Source of the DNA: Patescibacteria group bacterium
Lineage (GTDB): Bacteria > Patescibacteriota > Patescibacteriia > GWA2-46-9
DNA length: 64,000 bases
Direction of reading: 5' to 3'
Assembly: GCA_041660005.1 (NCBI GenBank)
Contig: JBAZXG010000001.1
Location: 158,565 to 222,564 of the forward strand
A program made the translations under genes and the position numbers. The notes under the pieces were generated by a model. The model was given only the letters and a program-made list of their open reading frames with translations, did not search any database and had not been told where the DNA came from. Position 1 is the stretch's first letter, and every line of letters starts with the position of its first letter. This document shows, in pieces, positions 18,883 to 27,636 of the stretch.

Positions 18883-19413
18883 ATGCCAAATCACCTTTCA
18901 TTATTACATTCCCTCTTTGGTGACACTGAAGAGCCAAAAAGAAGGAAGATACTACGCTCCATCAAAGCTAAAGCTGACTCCAAAAGAACAGTATCAGAAA
19001 AAACCGCCGATTGGATGACGGCTCATTTTGGGAGTATAACTTTTTTACTACTGAACTTTTTTTTGTTTATCGTTTGGTTAGTTATTAATTCTGAACGAAC
19101 AAAAGGACTTCCCAACTTTGACCCCTTCCCATTTAACCTACTAACAACAATCGTTTCACTAGAAGCAATTATTCTTGCTATTTTTGTTCTGATATCGCAA
19201 AACCGAAGTATGAAAGTGGACGACCTAAGAGAAGAGGTTCATTTACAGATAAATCTCATTGCTGAAAAAGAAGTAACAAAAGTAATGAAAATGATGGTTC
19301 TATTGTTAAAAAAACATGATATAGATGTATCGGAAGATCCTGAACTAAAAAAGCTTCTTAAGCCCATCAGTGAGGAAGAGATAGAGCGGATATTAGAAAA
19401 AGAAATTTTGTAA
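18883..19413 (+). CDS. DUF1003 membrane protein
   Basis: ADWMTAHFGS, FDPFPFNLL, IFVLISQNR. Confidence 0.88.
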   Translation: MPNHLSLLHSLFGDTEEPKRRKILRSIKAKADSKRTVSEKTADWMTAHFGSITFLLLNFFLFIVWLVINSERTKGLPNFDPFPFNLLTTIVSLEAIILAIFVLISQNRSMKVDDLREEVHLQINLIAEKEVTKVMKMMVLLLKKHDIDVSEDPELKKLLKPISEEEIERILEKEIL

Positions 19414-19517
19414 ACCATCTGTATTGCGTAAGGCGTACTGCGCAAGGATGATATTACACTTGCTATTTATCGCTATTTAGCATAGTATCAAGCAACTCAC
19501 CACTCATATAAAAATCT

Positions 19518-19931
19518 ATGAACTCACCATTTCAACGTAATACTCGAGGAAAACGCAGCGACGGGGACAGATTTAGTAGCGATAAGCCCTGGAAAAAGAG
19601 CTTTGGCGACCGCGACGGCGCACGTCCGGCACTACACCCTGCTGTCTGCAGTAAGTGCGGCCAAGACTGTGTTGTGCCTTTTAAACCAAACGGCAAAAAA
19701 CCAATTTTCTGCAGCAATTGTTTCAAAAAAGAAGAGGGCGCAGACGACAATCGATTTAGTCGACCGAGTACCGGGCGACCATATCGTGATGAAGATCGCG
19801 GCGGTAGAGAAGATTCTTTAGGGTGGCAACTGAAAACGATTAATAGCAAGCTCGACACTATTTTGAACCTGCTAGAATCTGACACCTACGAAGAACCTAA
19901 GCTTGATAAACCAAAATTCAGGAAACGTTAA
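19518..19931 (+). CDS. CxxC-x17-CxxC zinc-ribbon protein
   Basis: AVCSKCGQDCVVPFKPNGKKPIFCSNCF with R/G/D-rich flanks. Confidence 0.88.
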   Translation: MNSPFQRNTRGKRSDGDRFSSDKPWKKSFGDRDGARPALHPAVCSKCGQDCVVPFKPNGKKPIFCSNCFKKEEGADDNRFSRPSTGRPYRDEDRGGREDSLGWQLKTINSKLDTILNLLESDTYEEPKLDKPKFRKR

Positions 19932-20012
19932 AGCGACTGAAGACTCCTGAAACGACCCCCGAGTTTTCGGTTTGTCGGCGTTTCTGAAAATTGCTTAACT
20001 TTCGCGTTACCG

Positions 20013-20052
20013 TTTTACACCATTTTGTGCGTGCGCACAAAATGGTGTAAAA
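20013..20052. repeat. 40-bp palindrome, copy 2
   Basis: ttttacaccattttgtgcgt|gcgcacaaaatggtgtaaaa (one central mismatch). Confidence 0.9.
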
Positions 20053-20067
20053 GTTAAAAGTCAATAT

Positions 20068-20193
20068 AATCACGACAAGCTGACGGAGTGTAATGGTAAT
20101 CCCACTTCGCCGAGTCAAACTCGGCTACGAGGGATATTTTTGTCTTCTATATTGTAACCTCGCGGCAAGCCGACGAGGTATTGGGGACAAAAA
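20068..20193. repeat. Composite palindromic module B
   Basis: 36-bp hairpin (20099-20134) between two TA dinucleotides, followed by a ~59-bp element nearly identical to 33518-33576. Confidence 0.8.
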
Positions 20194-20290
20194 TAAAAAA
20201 CTCGCGGAGCACCGCGAGAGTTAGCTGGCTGTCGAACGTACTGGATATACAGTCCAGAGTTCGACAGCCCGCCGCTGCGAAGGAAGCTTC

Positions 20291-20593
20291 CTACCCTGCC
20301 AGGAGTCCCTCCTTGAATTCCTCGAACGGGATAGCTTCCCCTTCGGGTTCTGCGTAATCGGGGTCAACGTTGTGCCGAGCACGGAAGACCGCAGTTGCAC
20401 CCGGAACCCATCCGGCTCGCTCTTCGACGGCGGTTTTCAGGGCCGCCCGAGAATGCACGTAGCATTCCCAAAGAGCAGCCTGTTTCAGAAACCGTCGACC
20501 ACCCATCCTGGGGTTGTCCCTGCTCAGGGCAACAACCCCGTCTCCAGTGACCGGTCCGGAGGTCACTATGTATCCTCGGCCGCTTTCATCCAC
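20291..20593 (-). CDS. Hypothetical protein (GC-rich orphan)
   Basis: GTG start with GAGGT SD; 100 aa; followed by a long hairpin (20227-20270) and terminator (20195-20222). Confidence 0.55.
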   Translation of the reverse strand: MDESGRGYIVTSGPVTGDGVVALSRDNPRMGGRRFLKQAALWECYVHSRAALKTAVEERAGWVPGATAVFRARHNVDPDYAEPEGEAIPFEEFKEGLLAG

Positions 20594-21004
20594 TCCACTT
20601 ACCTCGCTTGGTTATTCTGTCCTGCTGGTCAAACCAGACGCGAACAGTGGGCACAATGGTATCCTTATAAAAGGAAATAATCAAGGAACTCCTTTTGATT
20701 TATTATTACTTTGGAAATAACACATTTGAACCTTGCCCAGTCAGACTGGGCGGAGGTTGTCTATTATATTTTTCTTCACAAACTGTTAGTACCATAGCCT
20801 AGACTATGGTACTAGATGAAAAATGGGACTTCTAGGTAAAAAATATAATATACTATTCGATATTCCAACATTCTTGAGAATGTGAGAATGACAGAAATAA
20901 GTCACTCCACAGATTTCGCTTGCAGTACCAACCCCTACAAAATCAGCAAGTCTTAGTGACTTTTATACAAAAAGTATTATACTAGCATTAAGTTACTATA
21001 GTTT

Positions 21005-21397
21005 ATGCACGACCAATATACCCCTGACGACCCTAAGGTTACAAAAAGCAGTAAGGAAGTGCGACCGCCAGCAAGTATGGATGAGGGTCAGGAAATAGGC
21101 AAAAGTGAAGTGCCAACGAAAGTTCTTAACATGGCGGAAATAATGCTAGGTAAGTTGGGTGGGCAGACTGACGGTCGTAATGTTACTATTACTCGCTGCA
21201 AAGTTAGCATTGATCAAACAAACAACAGTTGTTTTTATTCGATCAGGGGAGCAATTCACACCGAACAATTAAATACACGAACTGACAGTTCCGAACCTCA
21301 GTTTGATCGACCAACCGAAGCTGAAGTCATGATTACAACATATCCTCATGAAGTTATTGAGACGAAAGTTGTCAGTACGAAGATAGTGCACCAATAA
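21005..21397 (+). CDS. Hypothetical protein
   Basis: 130-aa ORF ending at a shared terminator. Confidence 0.55.
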   Translation: MHDQYTPDDPKVTKSSKEVRPPASMDEGQEIGKSEVPTKVLNMAEIMLGKLGGQTDGRNVTITRCKVSIDQTNNSCFYSIRGAIHTEQLNTRTDSSEPQFDRPTEAEVMITTYPHEVIETKVVSTKIVHQ

Positions 21398-21428
21398 AAA
21401 ATACCTCGGCTCGCGCCGAGGTATTTTT
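21397..21428. terminator. Bidirectional terminator
   Basis: aaaaatacctcggc-tcgc-gccgaggtattttt between convergent genes. Confidence 0.75.
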
Positions 21429-21438
21429 CAAGAATTTA

Positions 21439-22062
21439 CTAATCTACCCGTTTGACTTTTTGCGCCGCATCAAAAACTAAATTCGCCGTTTTCCAATTGA
21501 GGTTCTTAATATAATCATCAATATAGGTCTTTCGATCTGATCCGTAATCAATAAAGTAAGCATGCTCATAGACGTCTAACGTCAGCACAGGAATAGCACC
21601 CCAAACGCCACCCTGATTGTGCGCGTCGCCAGTGTAGACTTTGAGCTCGGCTTCATGCGTGTCCCAGGCAAGAACTGCCCAACCGCGTGCTGCCATACCG
21701 CAGGCTTTAAAGTAGCTAAGAAAATTTTCAAGTGAACCAAACTTTTCTTCAAGTGCAGTAATGAGCGAACCGTCAGGAACACCATCACCACCGAGCACAT
21801 TGAAGTAATACTCATGAAGGTACACGCCATTTGTGGCGAACGTCTCGCCGTCTTTCAAGGCGCGCAGTTCAGAAAATGTCTGGTTGGCACCGGTTAAATC
21901 TTTTTTACCCTGCTCAAACGCTTCTAGACTTTCGGCGATCTCGTTCTTCTTCTTAACGTAACCCATGTAGAGCACATCATGGTGCATCGCCATGGTCTTG
22001 TCCGAAATACCTTTCAGTGTCGCTTTAAAAGGAAGCGGCTTACCTGTATATTGTTTTGCCAT
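21439..22062 (-). CDS. sod: Fe/Mn superoxide dismutase
   Basis: MHHDVLYMGYV, NGVYLHEYYF, LDVYEHAYFIDYG. Confidence 0.9.
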   Translation of the reverse strand: MAKQYTGKPLPFKATLKGISDKTMAMHHDVLYMGYVKKKNEIAESLEAFEQGKKDLTGANQTFSELRALKDGETFATNGVYLHEYYFNVLGGDGVPDGSLITALEEKFGSLENFLSYFKACGMAARGWAVLAWDTHEAELKVYTGDAHNQGGVWGAIPVLTLDVYEHAYFIDYGSDRKTYIDDYIKNLNWKTANLVFDAAQKVKRVD

Positions 22063-22163
22063 AAAATATAAATAATTTAATAACTTCTATTGAACATCCA
22101 GTATACGCCCGCTTAAAAAAGTAGGCAAAACTACCCACGGCTCTTTTGCCGACAAAACAATTT

Positions 22164-23363
22164 CTAAATTCGGACAAATTTAATTATCTCGGGTAATGCT
22201 TTGAGTACAAGGTCAATATCTTCTTTGGTAGTACTCTCGCCAAACGTAAAACGAACACTGCCGGCAATAGACGCTTTGTCGAGTCCTATGGCTTCAAGTA
22301 CGTGCGACGGCTCCCCTTTTGCACCAGCGCACGCTGCTCCTGTGCCAGCGTAAATTCCCTGCTCGCTCAAATACACAATGAGTCCTTCAGCGTCAACTCC
22401 GGGAAGACACACGTTGACGTTGTTCGGCAAACGCAGTGTTGCATGACCGTTTACCGTACTGCCAGGAATGACAGCAAGAATACCATTAGTAAAGTAATCA
22501 CGAAGAGACGTAAGACAAAGAATCTTTGCCTCGTGGTCTCTGCGCGCCAGCGTTAACGCCGCGGCTAACCCCACAATTGCAGGAACATTTTCAGTGCCAG
22601 CCACGAGACCGTGCTGTTGCCCGCCGCCATAAATAAGCGGCGCAAGTGTAATGCCACGTCGCACGTAAAGTGCCCCAACCCCCTTAGGGCCATAAAGCTT
22701 AGCGGCGTTCAAAGTCAATAAATCAACCCCTAGCTTTTCAACTGCCAGTGGTAAAAACGCGGCGGCCTGACAGGCATCGGTATGAAAATAAACAGGATGG
22801 AGACCTTGAGTAGTACGTTCTCGATTTACACGTTTCATCAATTTTCCGATTTCAACAATTGGCTCAATAACGCCAATTTCATTGTTGGCGTACATGACAG
22901 AGACAAGAACTGTTTCTGGAACAATCGCGGCAACAATAGCAGCAGGATCAATCCGGCCTTCACGGTCAACAGGTACGCTCGTAACACGCGCATCTTTGTC
23001 TTGAACAAGCGCACGCAACGGTTCTCTCACTGCATCGTGCTCAATAGTCGAAGTAACAACGTGGGGCACTGGCTGATGACTTGCGCGAACAGTGCCAAGA
23101 ACGGCCAGGTTGTCACTCGCTGTCCCGCTAGGAGTAAAGATGATTTCGTCTGAATGCGCGCCAAGTATTTCGGCAACAGCGCGCGCTGCTGCATCAATAA
23201 CTACACGACTCTGCTTTCCTAAACGGTGAAGGCTCGATGGGTTGCCATAATACTCGTCGTAATAAGGTGCCATGACCATGGCCACCTCAGGAGCGACCGG
23301 GGTCGCTGCCGCGTAATCAAGATAGATATTCGGCTCTTTCGCCTTTTTCTTAAAAAATTGCAT
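22164..23363 (-). CDS. iscS: Cysteine desulfurase, IscS/NifS type
   Basis: IYLDYAAATP, GNPSSLH, YANNEIG, HTDACQ, KLYGPKGVGAL, GTENV, GAAC. Confidence 0.88.
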   Translation of the reverse strand: MQFFKKKAKEPNIYLDYAAATPVAPEVAMVMAPYYDEYYGNPSSLHRLGKQSRVVIDAAARAVAEILGAHSDEIIFTPSGTASDNLAVLGTVRASHQPVPHVVTSTIEHDAVREPLRALVQDKDARVTSVPVDREGRIDPAAIVAAIVPETVLVSVMYANNEIGVIEPIVEIGKLMKRVNRERTTQGLHPVYFHTDACQAAAFLPLAVEKLGVDLLTLNAAKLYGPKGVGALYVRRGITLAPLIYGGGQQHGLVAGTENVPAIVGLAAALTLARRDHEAKILCLTSLRDYFTNGILAVIPGSTVNGHATLRLPNNVNVCLPGVDAEGLIVYLSEQGIYAGTGAACAGAKGEPSHVLEAIGLDKASIAGSVRFTFGESTTKEDIDLVLKALPEIIKFVRI

Positions 23364-23503
23364 ATACGTTAATTGTACCCATGAACTATAAAGTAAGCTA
23401 TGGATTGTTTTACGTCAAAGACATTACATAAAAATCGGATTGACTTTTCATAATGTCTGAGATATTCTATCCAGTCCTAACCAAGGACAGGAGGAATCGA
23501 CCA

Positions 23504-23719
23504 ATGGCCGACGAAAACGCCCTTCTTTTCGCAGAGGAAGGGAGAAAGAGGATCCAACGCGCCATCACAGCACAAGCGGGTCGCGAGACTCACCTCGCCT
23601 GTGAGCGAGGTTTCGTCGATACTGAGACAGGTATCGGCGTAAGCGATACTGACATTCTCGAGGTACTCGAACGCGAGTGGCTTGATCTCCAGGTGATCCT
23701 GTCCACTCCTGCCGAGTAG
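23504..23719 (+). CDS. Small hypothetical protein ending STPAE (cassette 1)
   Basis: ttgact-N17-gatatt promoter-like site, SD AGGAGG, ATG 23504; 71 aa. Confidence 0.6.
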   Translation: MADENALLFAEEGRKRIQRAITAQAGRETHLACERGFVDTETGIGVSDTDILEVLEREWLDLQVILSTPAE

Positions 23720-23730
23720 CCGGAGAACCT

Positions 23731-23801
23731 CCGAACGCGCGCGACGAGAAGGGCGGGAAGATTGGCAACGAGCTGATCGACCCGCCCTCGTCTTTTCTAG
23801 C
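23731..23801 (+). repeat. 71-bp direct repeat / long hairpin terminator, copy 1
   Basis: Identical to 24367-24437. Confidence 0.92.
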
Positions 23802-23980
23802 CACTTTTTAATCTTTTATTACTTTTTGAAGCCAAAAAATCTTCTCTAAAAAACCTTCATTTTGAGTACATCACTTAGAATTGACGTTTAAATGCTAAAG
23901 GACTAAGGTACTTCGGCACTACTTCATAGTGGAGTGTGATGAGACAAAGCCGAAACTTTCGGCCAGCACCGGAGGAAACA

Positions 23981-24358
23981 GTGAAGAAACTCATACGCGA
24001 GATCACGTTCTCGACGAGAGGGGTGAGCGTTTCTCTCGCCAACGGAGGAGTGTTCGGCATTAACTGCCAAACACTCGACATGACGGTCGATGAGGGCGAG
24101 GGCGGTCTAAATAGCGCCGCACTGCCCCACGACAGCGTCATGCGGTTCGAGGTCAGAGATGAGGAGGAGTGCCACTGCGCCGCAGTCGAGGGTCCGACTT
24201 TGGGAGCCCACCTGTACGTGGTGTACAGGGACACGACAGGTGGTGAGCAGGGAATGGACATGGGCCTTTTCCCTTTCCGTGATACGCTTCTGCTCCTCTG
24301 TGAAGTGTTCAACAAGCTCAAGCCCGTCACGACTGTCCCCTCCACTCCGGCCGAGTAA
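23981..24358 (+). CDS. Hypothetical protein ending STPAE (cassette 2)
   Basis: ttgacg at 23881, SD GGAGG, GTG 23981; 125 aa. Confidence 0.6.
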   Translation: MKKLIREITFSTRGVSVSLANGGVFGINCQTLDMTVDEGEGGLNSAALPHDSVMRFEVRDEEECHCAAVEGPTLGAHLYVVYRDTTGGEQGMDMGLFPFRDTLLLLCEVFNKLKPVTTVPSTPAE

Positions 24359-24366
24359 CCTGAGGC

Positions 24367-24437
24367 CCGAACGCGCGCGACGAGAAGGGCGGGAAGATTG
24401 GCAACGAGCTGATCGACCCGCCCTCGTCTTTTCTAGC
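24367..24437 (+). repeat. 71-bp direct repeat / long hairpin terminator, copy 2
   Basis: Identical to 23731-23801. Confidence 0.92.
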
Positions 24438-24468
24438 TACTTTTTAGTGCTTTCGTATTTTAGAATTT

Positions 24469-24504
24469 TTACACAATTTTGTGCGTACGCACAAAATTGT
24501 GTAA
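24469..24504. repeat. Perfect 36-bp palindrome, copy 3
   Basis: ttacacaattttgtgcgt|acgcacaaaattgtgtaa; symmetric substitution relative to copies 1 and 2. Confidence 0.9.
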
Positions 24505-24524
24505 TTTGATACTTGCGTCACTCG

Positions 24525-24550
24525 GAAATGCAAATTATGATTTGCATTTC
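24525..24550. promoter_or_regulatory. Operator-like inverted repeat upstream of the suf operon
   Basis: gaaatgcaaat-tatg-atttgcatttc. Confidence 0.4.
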
Positions 24551-24640
24551 ACTCGAATATTTGGCAATAACAATTTAATACTAACAACCGCAAAACACTT
24601 TGCCGGACAGGGCGTATATTGCTACACTTGGACACTGCCT

Positions 24641-26089
24641 ATGCCGCAAAATGAACAAGAAATTATCGCAAAAACAACGAGCAAATCCTACCCATTCGGC
24701 TTTCGCTCAGTGATTGCAACCGAACAGGCAGAACGAGGTTTGAACGAAGCAGTTATTCGGTTTATTGCGCAAAAAAGAGATGAACCGGTATGGCTCCTCG
24801 ACTGGCGACTCGCTGCCTACCGCCATTGGCTCACCATGAACGAACCAACCTGGGCAAACGTTGCCTATCCGCAAATCGATTATCAAGCAATGCACTACTA
24901 CGCGGCACCAAAACAGCGACAGGCACTTAATAGCTTGTCCGAAGTTGATCCTGCAATTCGCGAAACCTTTGAAAAACTTGGTATACCGGTTTTTGAACAG
25001 GAACGCTTAGCTGGTATAGCAATTGATGCAGTGATTGACAGCGTTTCCGTAGCGACGAGCGTTCACGAAACACTGCAAAATCTCGGCATTGTTTTTTGTT
25101 CTCTCGGTGAAGCCGTACAAAAATACCCCGACCTCGTGCGTCAGTATCTCGGCAGCGTAGTACCTGCGAATGATAACTTTTTTGCAGCGCTCAATGCCGC
25201 TGTTATGAGCGACGGCACTTTTGTTTACATTCCCACTGGCGTACACTGCCCTATCGAACTCTCTACTTACTTTCGCATGAATGCCGCCAACACCGGCCAA
25301 TTTGAACGAACGCTTATCATTGCCGAAGCCGATAGCTACGTCAGTTACCTTGAGGGATGCACCGCCCCGCGCCGAGAAGAAAACCAATTGCACGCTGCAG
25401 TTGTGGAAATTGTTGCTCTAGAAAACGCCGAGGTGCGCTACGCCACGGTACAAAACTGGTACCCGGGGGACGAACAGGGCAAAGGTGGCGTCTATAATTT
25501 TGTGACAAAACGCGGGCACTGCTTAGGGAAACGATCAAAAATTTCTTGGACACAAGTAGAGACGGGTGCCGCCATCACTTGGAAATACCCCAGCGTTATT
25601 CTGGAAGGAGACGAATCAGAGGGGGCTTTCTATTCTGTTGCGGTCACTACTGCCCGACAGCAAGCAGACACCGGCACCAAAATGATTCATCTTGGAAAAA
25701 ATACCCGCAGTACTGTCATTGCCAAAAGTATTGCCGCAGGAGAAAGTCGAAACACCTACCGCGGCCTCGTTAAGGTCGGATCAAAAGGCGAAGGCGCTAA
25801 GAACTACTCGCAATGTGATTCATTACTCATTGGCGGAAAATCATCTGCGCACACCTTTCCAACTTTGGAAAGCCGGCAGACAAAAGCGAACGTGCAGCAC
25901 GAAGCCACCACTTCAAAAATTAGCGATGAGCAGCTCTTCTACCTTAATCAGCGCGGTATTCGCACTGAAGATGCTGTTGGTTTAATTGTCAACGGATACT
26001 GCAGAGAAGTGATGAGCCGACTGCCAATGGAATTTGCCGTTGAAGCAAAAAAACTGCTCTCATTAACGCTTGTGGGTGCTGTCGGTTAA
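24641..26089 (+). CDS. sufB: Fe-S cluster assembly protein SufB
   Basis: [65 protein letters not shown]. Confidence 0.97.
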   Translation: MPQNEQEIIAKTTSKSYPFGFRSVIATEQAERGLNEAVIRFIAQKRDEPVWLLDWRLAAYRHWLTMNEPTWANVAYPQIDYQAMHYYAAPKQRQALNSLSEVDPAIRETFEKLGIPVFEQERLAGIAIDAVIDSVSVATSVHETLQNLGIVFCSLGEAVQKYPDLVRQYLGSVVPANDNFFAALNAAVMSDGTFVYIPTGVHCPIELSTYFRMNAANTGQFERTLIIAEADSYVSYLEGCTAPRREENQLHAAVVEIVALENAEVRYATVQNWYPGDEQGKGGVYNFVTKRGHCLGKRSKISWTQVETGAAITWKYPSVILEGDESEGAFYSVAVTTARQQADTGTKMIHLGKNTRSTVIAKSIAAGESRNTYRGLVKVGSKGEGAKNYSQCDSLLIGGKSSAHTFPTLESRQTKANVQHEATTSKISDEQLFYLNQRGIRTEDAVGLIVNGYCREVMSRLPMEFAVEAKKLLSLTLVGAVG

Positions 26090-26095
26090 AACCTT

Positions 26096-26854
26096 ATGTC
26101 TGCTCCCCTACTCAGCATCAATAACCTAACGGTCGTTAAGGACGAAGTACCTATCCTTAGCGGGTGTAGTCTTACTGTTCCAAAAGGTGAAGTACACGTC
26201 ATTGTGGGACAAAACGGCTCTGGAAAAAGTACACTCGCGGCAACGCTTGCTGGAAAACCCGGATACCAAATCACACAAGGCAGCATTAACTATCTAGGGA
26301 AAGACCTCCTAACCATGACTCCCGAGGTTCGCGCCGGCGAAGGTATCTTTTTAGCGTTTCAGTATCCGGTCGAAATACCGGGACTCAGCATGATTGAATT
26401 TTTGCGTGCGTCTACGAACGCCGTACGCGGCTACCGCGGCGAAGCATCACTGGAACCCTTGCCCTTTCTTGATTACGTACGATCTAAACTCAAGGTGCTG
26501 AAACTCGGTGAACAGTTTTTAGAGCGTTCAGTTAATGACGGTTTTTCTGGTGGTGAAAAAAAACGCAACGAAATTCTACAACTACTTTTGCTTGAACCGC
26601 GACTCGCTATTCTTGACGAAACAGATTCTGGACTAGACGCCGACGCCCTCAGAACTGTTGCTCAAGTCATTCAAGAACTACGCTCGCCGGAGGAATCATT
26701 TCTCATTATCACGCATTACGCTAAACTCCTTTCTTGTCTCACGGTAAACCGTGTACACGTGATGCATCAAGGGAAAATTGCTTGTTCGGGTGGTACAGAA
26801 ATTATTACCGATATTGAACGTCACGGCTACGCCGGTCTTTTTGCTTCGCTATGA
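26096..26854 (+). CDS. sufC: Fe-S cluster assembly ATPase SufC
   Basis: GQNGSGKSTL, FLAFQYPVEIPG, GFSGGEKKRNEILQ, LDETDSGLD. Confidence 0.97.
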   Translation: MSAPLLSINNLTVVKDEVPILSGCSLTVPKGEVHVIVGQNGSGKSTLAATLAGKPGYQITQGSINYLGKDLLTMTPEVRAGEGIFLAFQYPVEIPGLSMIEFLRASTNAVRGYRGEASLEPLPFLDYVRSKLKVLKLGEQFLERSVNDGFSGGEKKRNEILQLLLLEPRLAILDETDSGLDADALRTVAQVIQELRSPEESFLIITHYAKLLSCLTVNRVHVMHQGKIACSGGTEIITDIERHGYAGLFASL

Positions 26855-27636
26855 GCACCCGACAACTTAAAACGCAACAAAAAATTGCACAGCCAACTAT
26901 TAAAAAAGGTGTACTCGTCGTGCCCAAAAACAGCCGTATGGAACTAACCGAAGGCGCAGAGAGACCAAACCAAGATCAAGAGTATGAAGACATTGTTATC
27001 GAAACAGGTGGACGGCTACTGCATACGGTTTATAAAACACCGTACAAAAGCCGCAGTGTAGCAATTGCTGCTAATGCTTCCTACGAACTGCGCTGTCTCA
27101 CCGTCGGAGAACAGCAAATAGTAAACAACTTAACCGTTGAATTAAAAGGTGAGAGAGCTGAAGCTCACATTTTTATCCTGACGGCTACGTCAGGCACAAG
27201 CAAGCTACAAGAACGCATTCATATCATCCATAGAGCGCCCAACTGCACCTCGACCGTGCTGCATCGGGCGTTCGCTTCTCACGAAAGCACTGTTGACTTC
27301 ACAGGAACAATCTCCATAGCGCCCCAAGCAAAGAAATCTAACGCAAAACTTACGAGTAACGGACTACTACTCTCGCCGCACGCGCTCATACGCACGAGAC
27401 CAGAGTTTGAAATTTTGACGTCGGATGTCGGCTGTAGGCACGGAGCAACTATCGGTGAGCTTGATGAAGCAGCTCTTTTTTACATGACATCTCGAGGCAT
27501 TGATTTAATGCAAGCGAAAAGACTTCTCACTGTGGCTTTTGCTAAAGAAATCCTCACGGGAATGCCTGAAGGACCTGCAAAAAACGAATCAACTGCTGCT
27601 CTCGACTATTTTCTTGATCACGCCTATGCCGTTTGA
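26851..27636 (+). CDS. sufD: SufD (short form)
   Basis: RPEFEILTSDVGCRHGATIGELDEAALFYMTSRGI; position in the operon. Confidence 0.9.
   Translation: MSTRQLKTQQKIAQPTIKKGVLVVPKNSRMELTEGAERPNQDQEYEDIVIETGGRLLHTVYKTPYKSRSVAIAANASYELRCLTVGEQQIVNNLTVELKGERAEAHIFILTATSGTSKLQERIHIIHRAPNCTSTVLHRAFASHESTVDFTGTISIAPQAKKSNAKLTSNGLLLSPHALIRTRPEFEILTSDVGCRHGATIGELDEAALFYMTSRGIDLMQAKRLLTVAFAKEILTGMPEGPAKNESTAALDYFLDHAYAV

Noticed and set aside
23900-23965. Hammerhead ribozyme (tgatgag...cgaaac)
   Set aside because: Core reads GUGAUGA rather than CUGAUGA, stem II is essentially absent and stem I is out of register
23731-24437. 71-bp repeats as integron attC sites or CRISPR repeats
   Set aside because: No RYYYAAC/GTTRRRY ends, no integrase, and the intervening DNA is a full gene with its own promoter
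24479-24640. N-terminal extension of SufB from the ORF track
   Set aside because: It begins inside the palindrome and crosses the operator-like repeat; SufB similarity starts after ATG 24641
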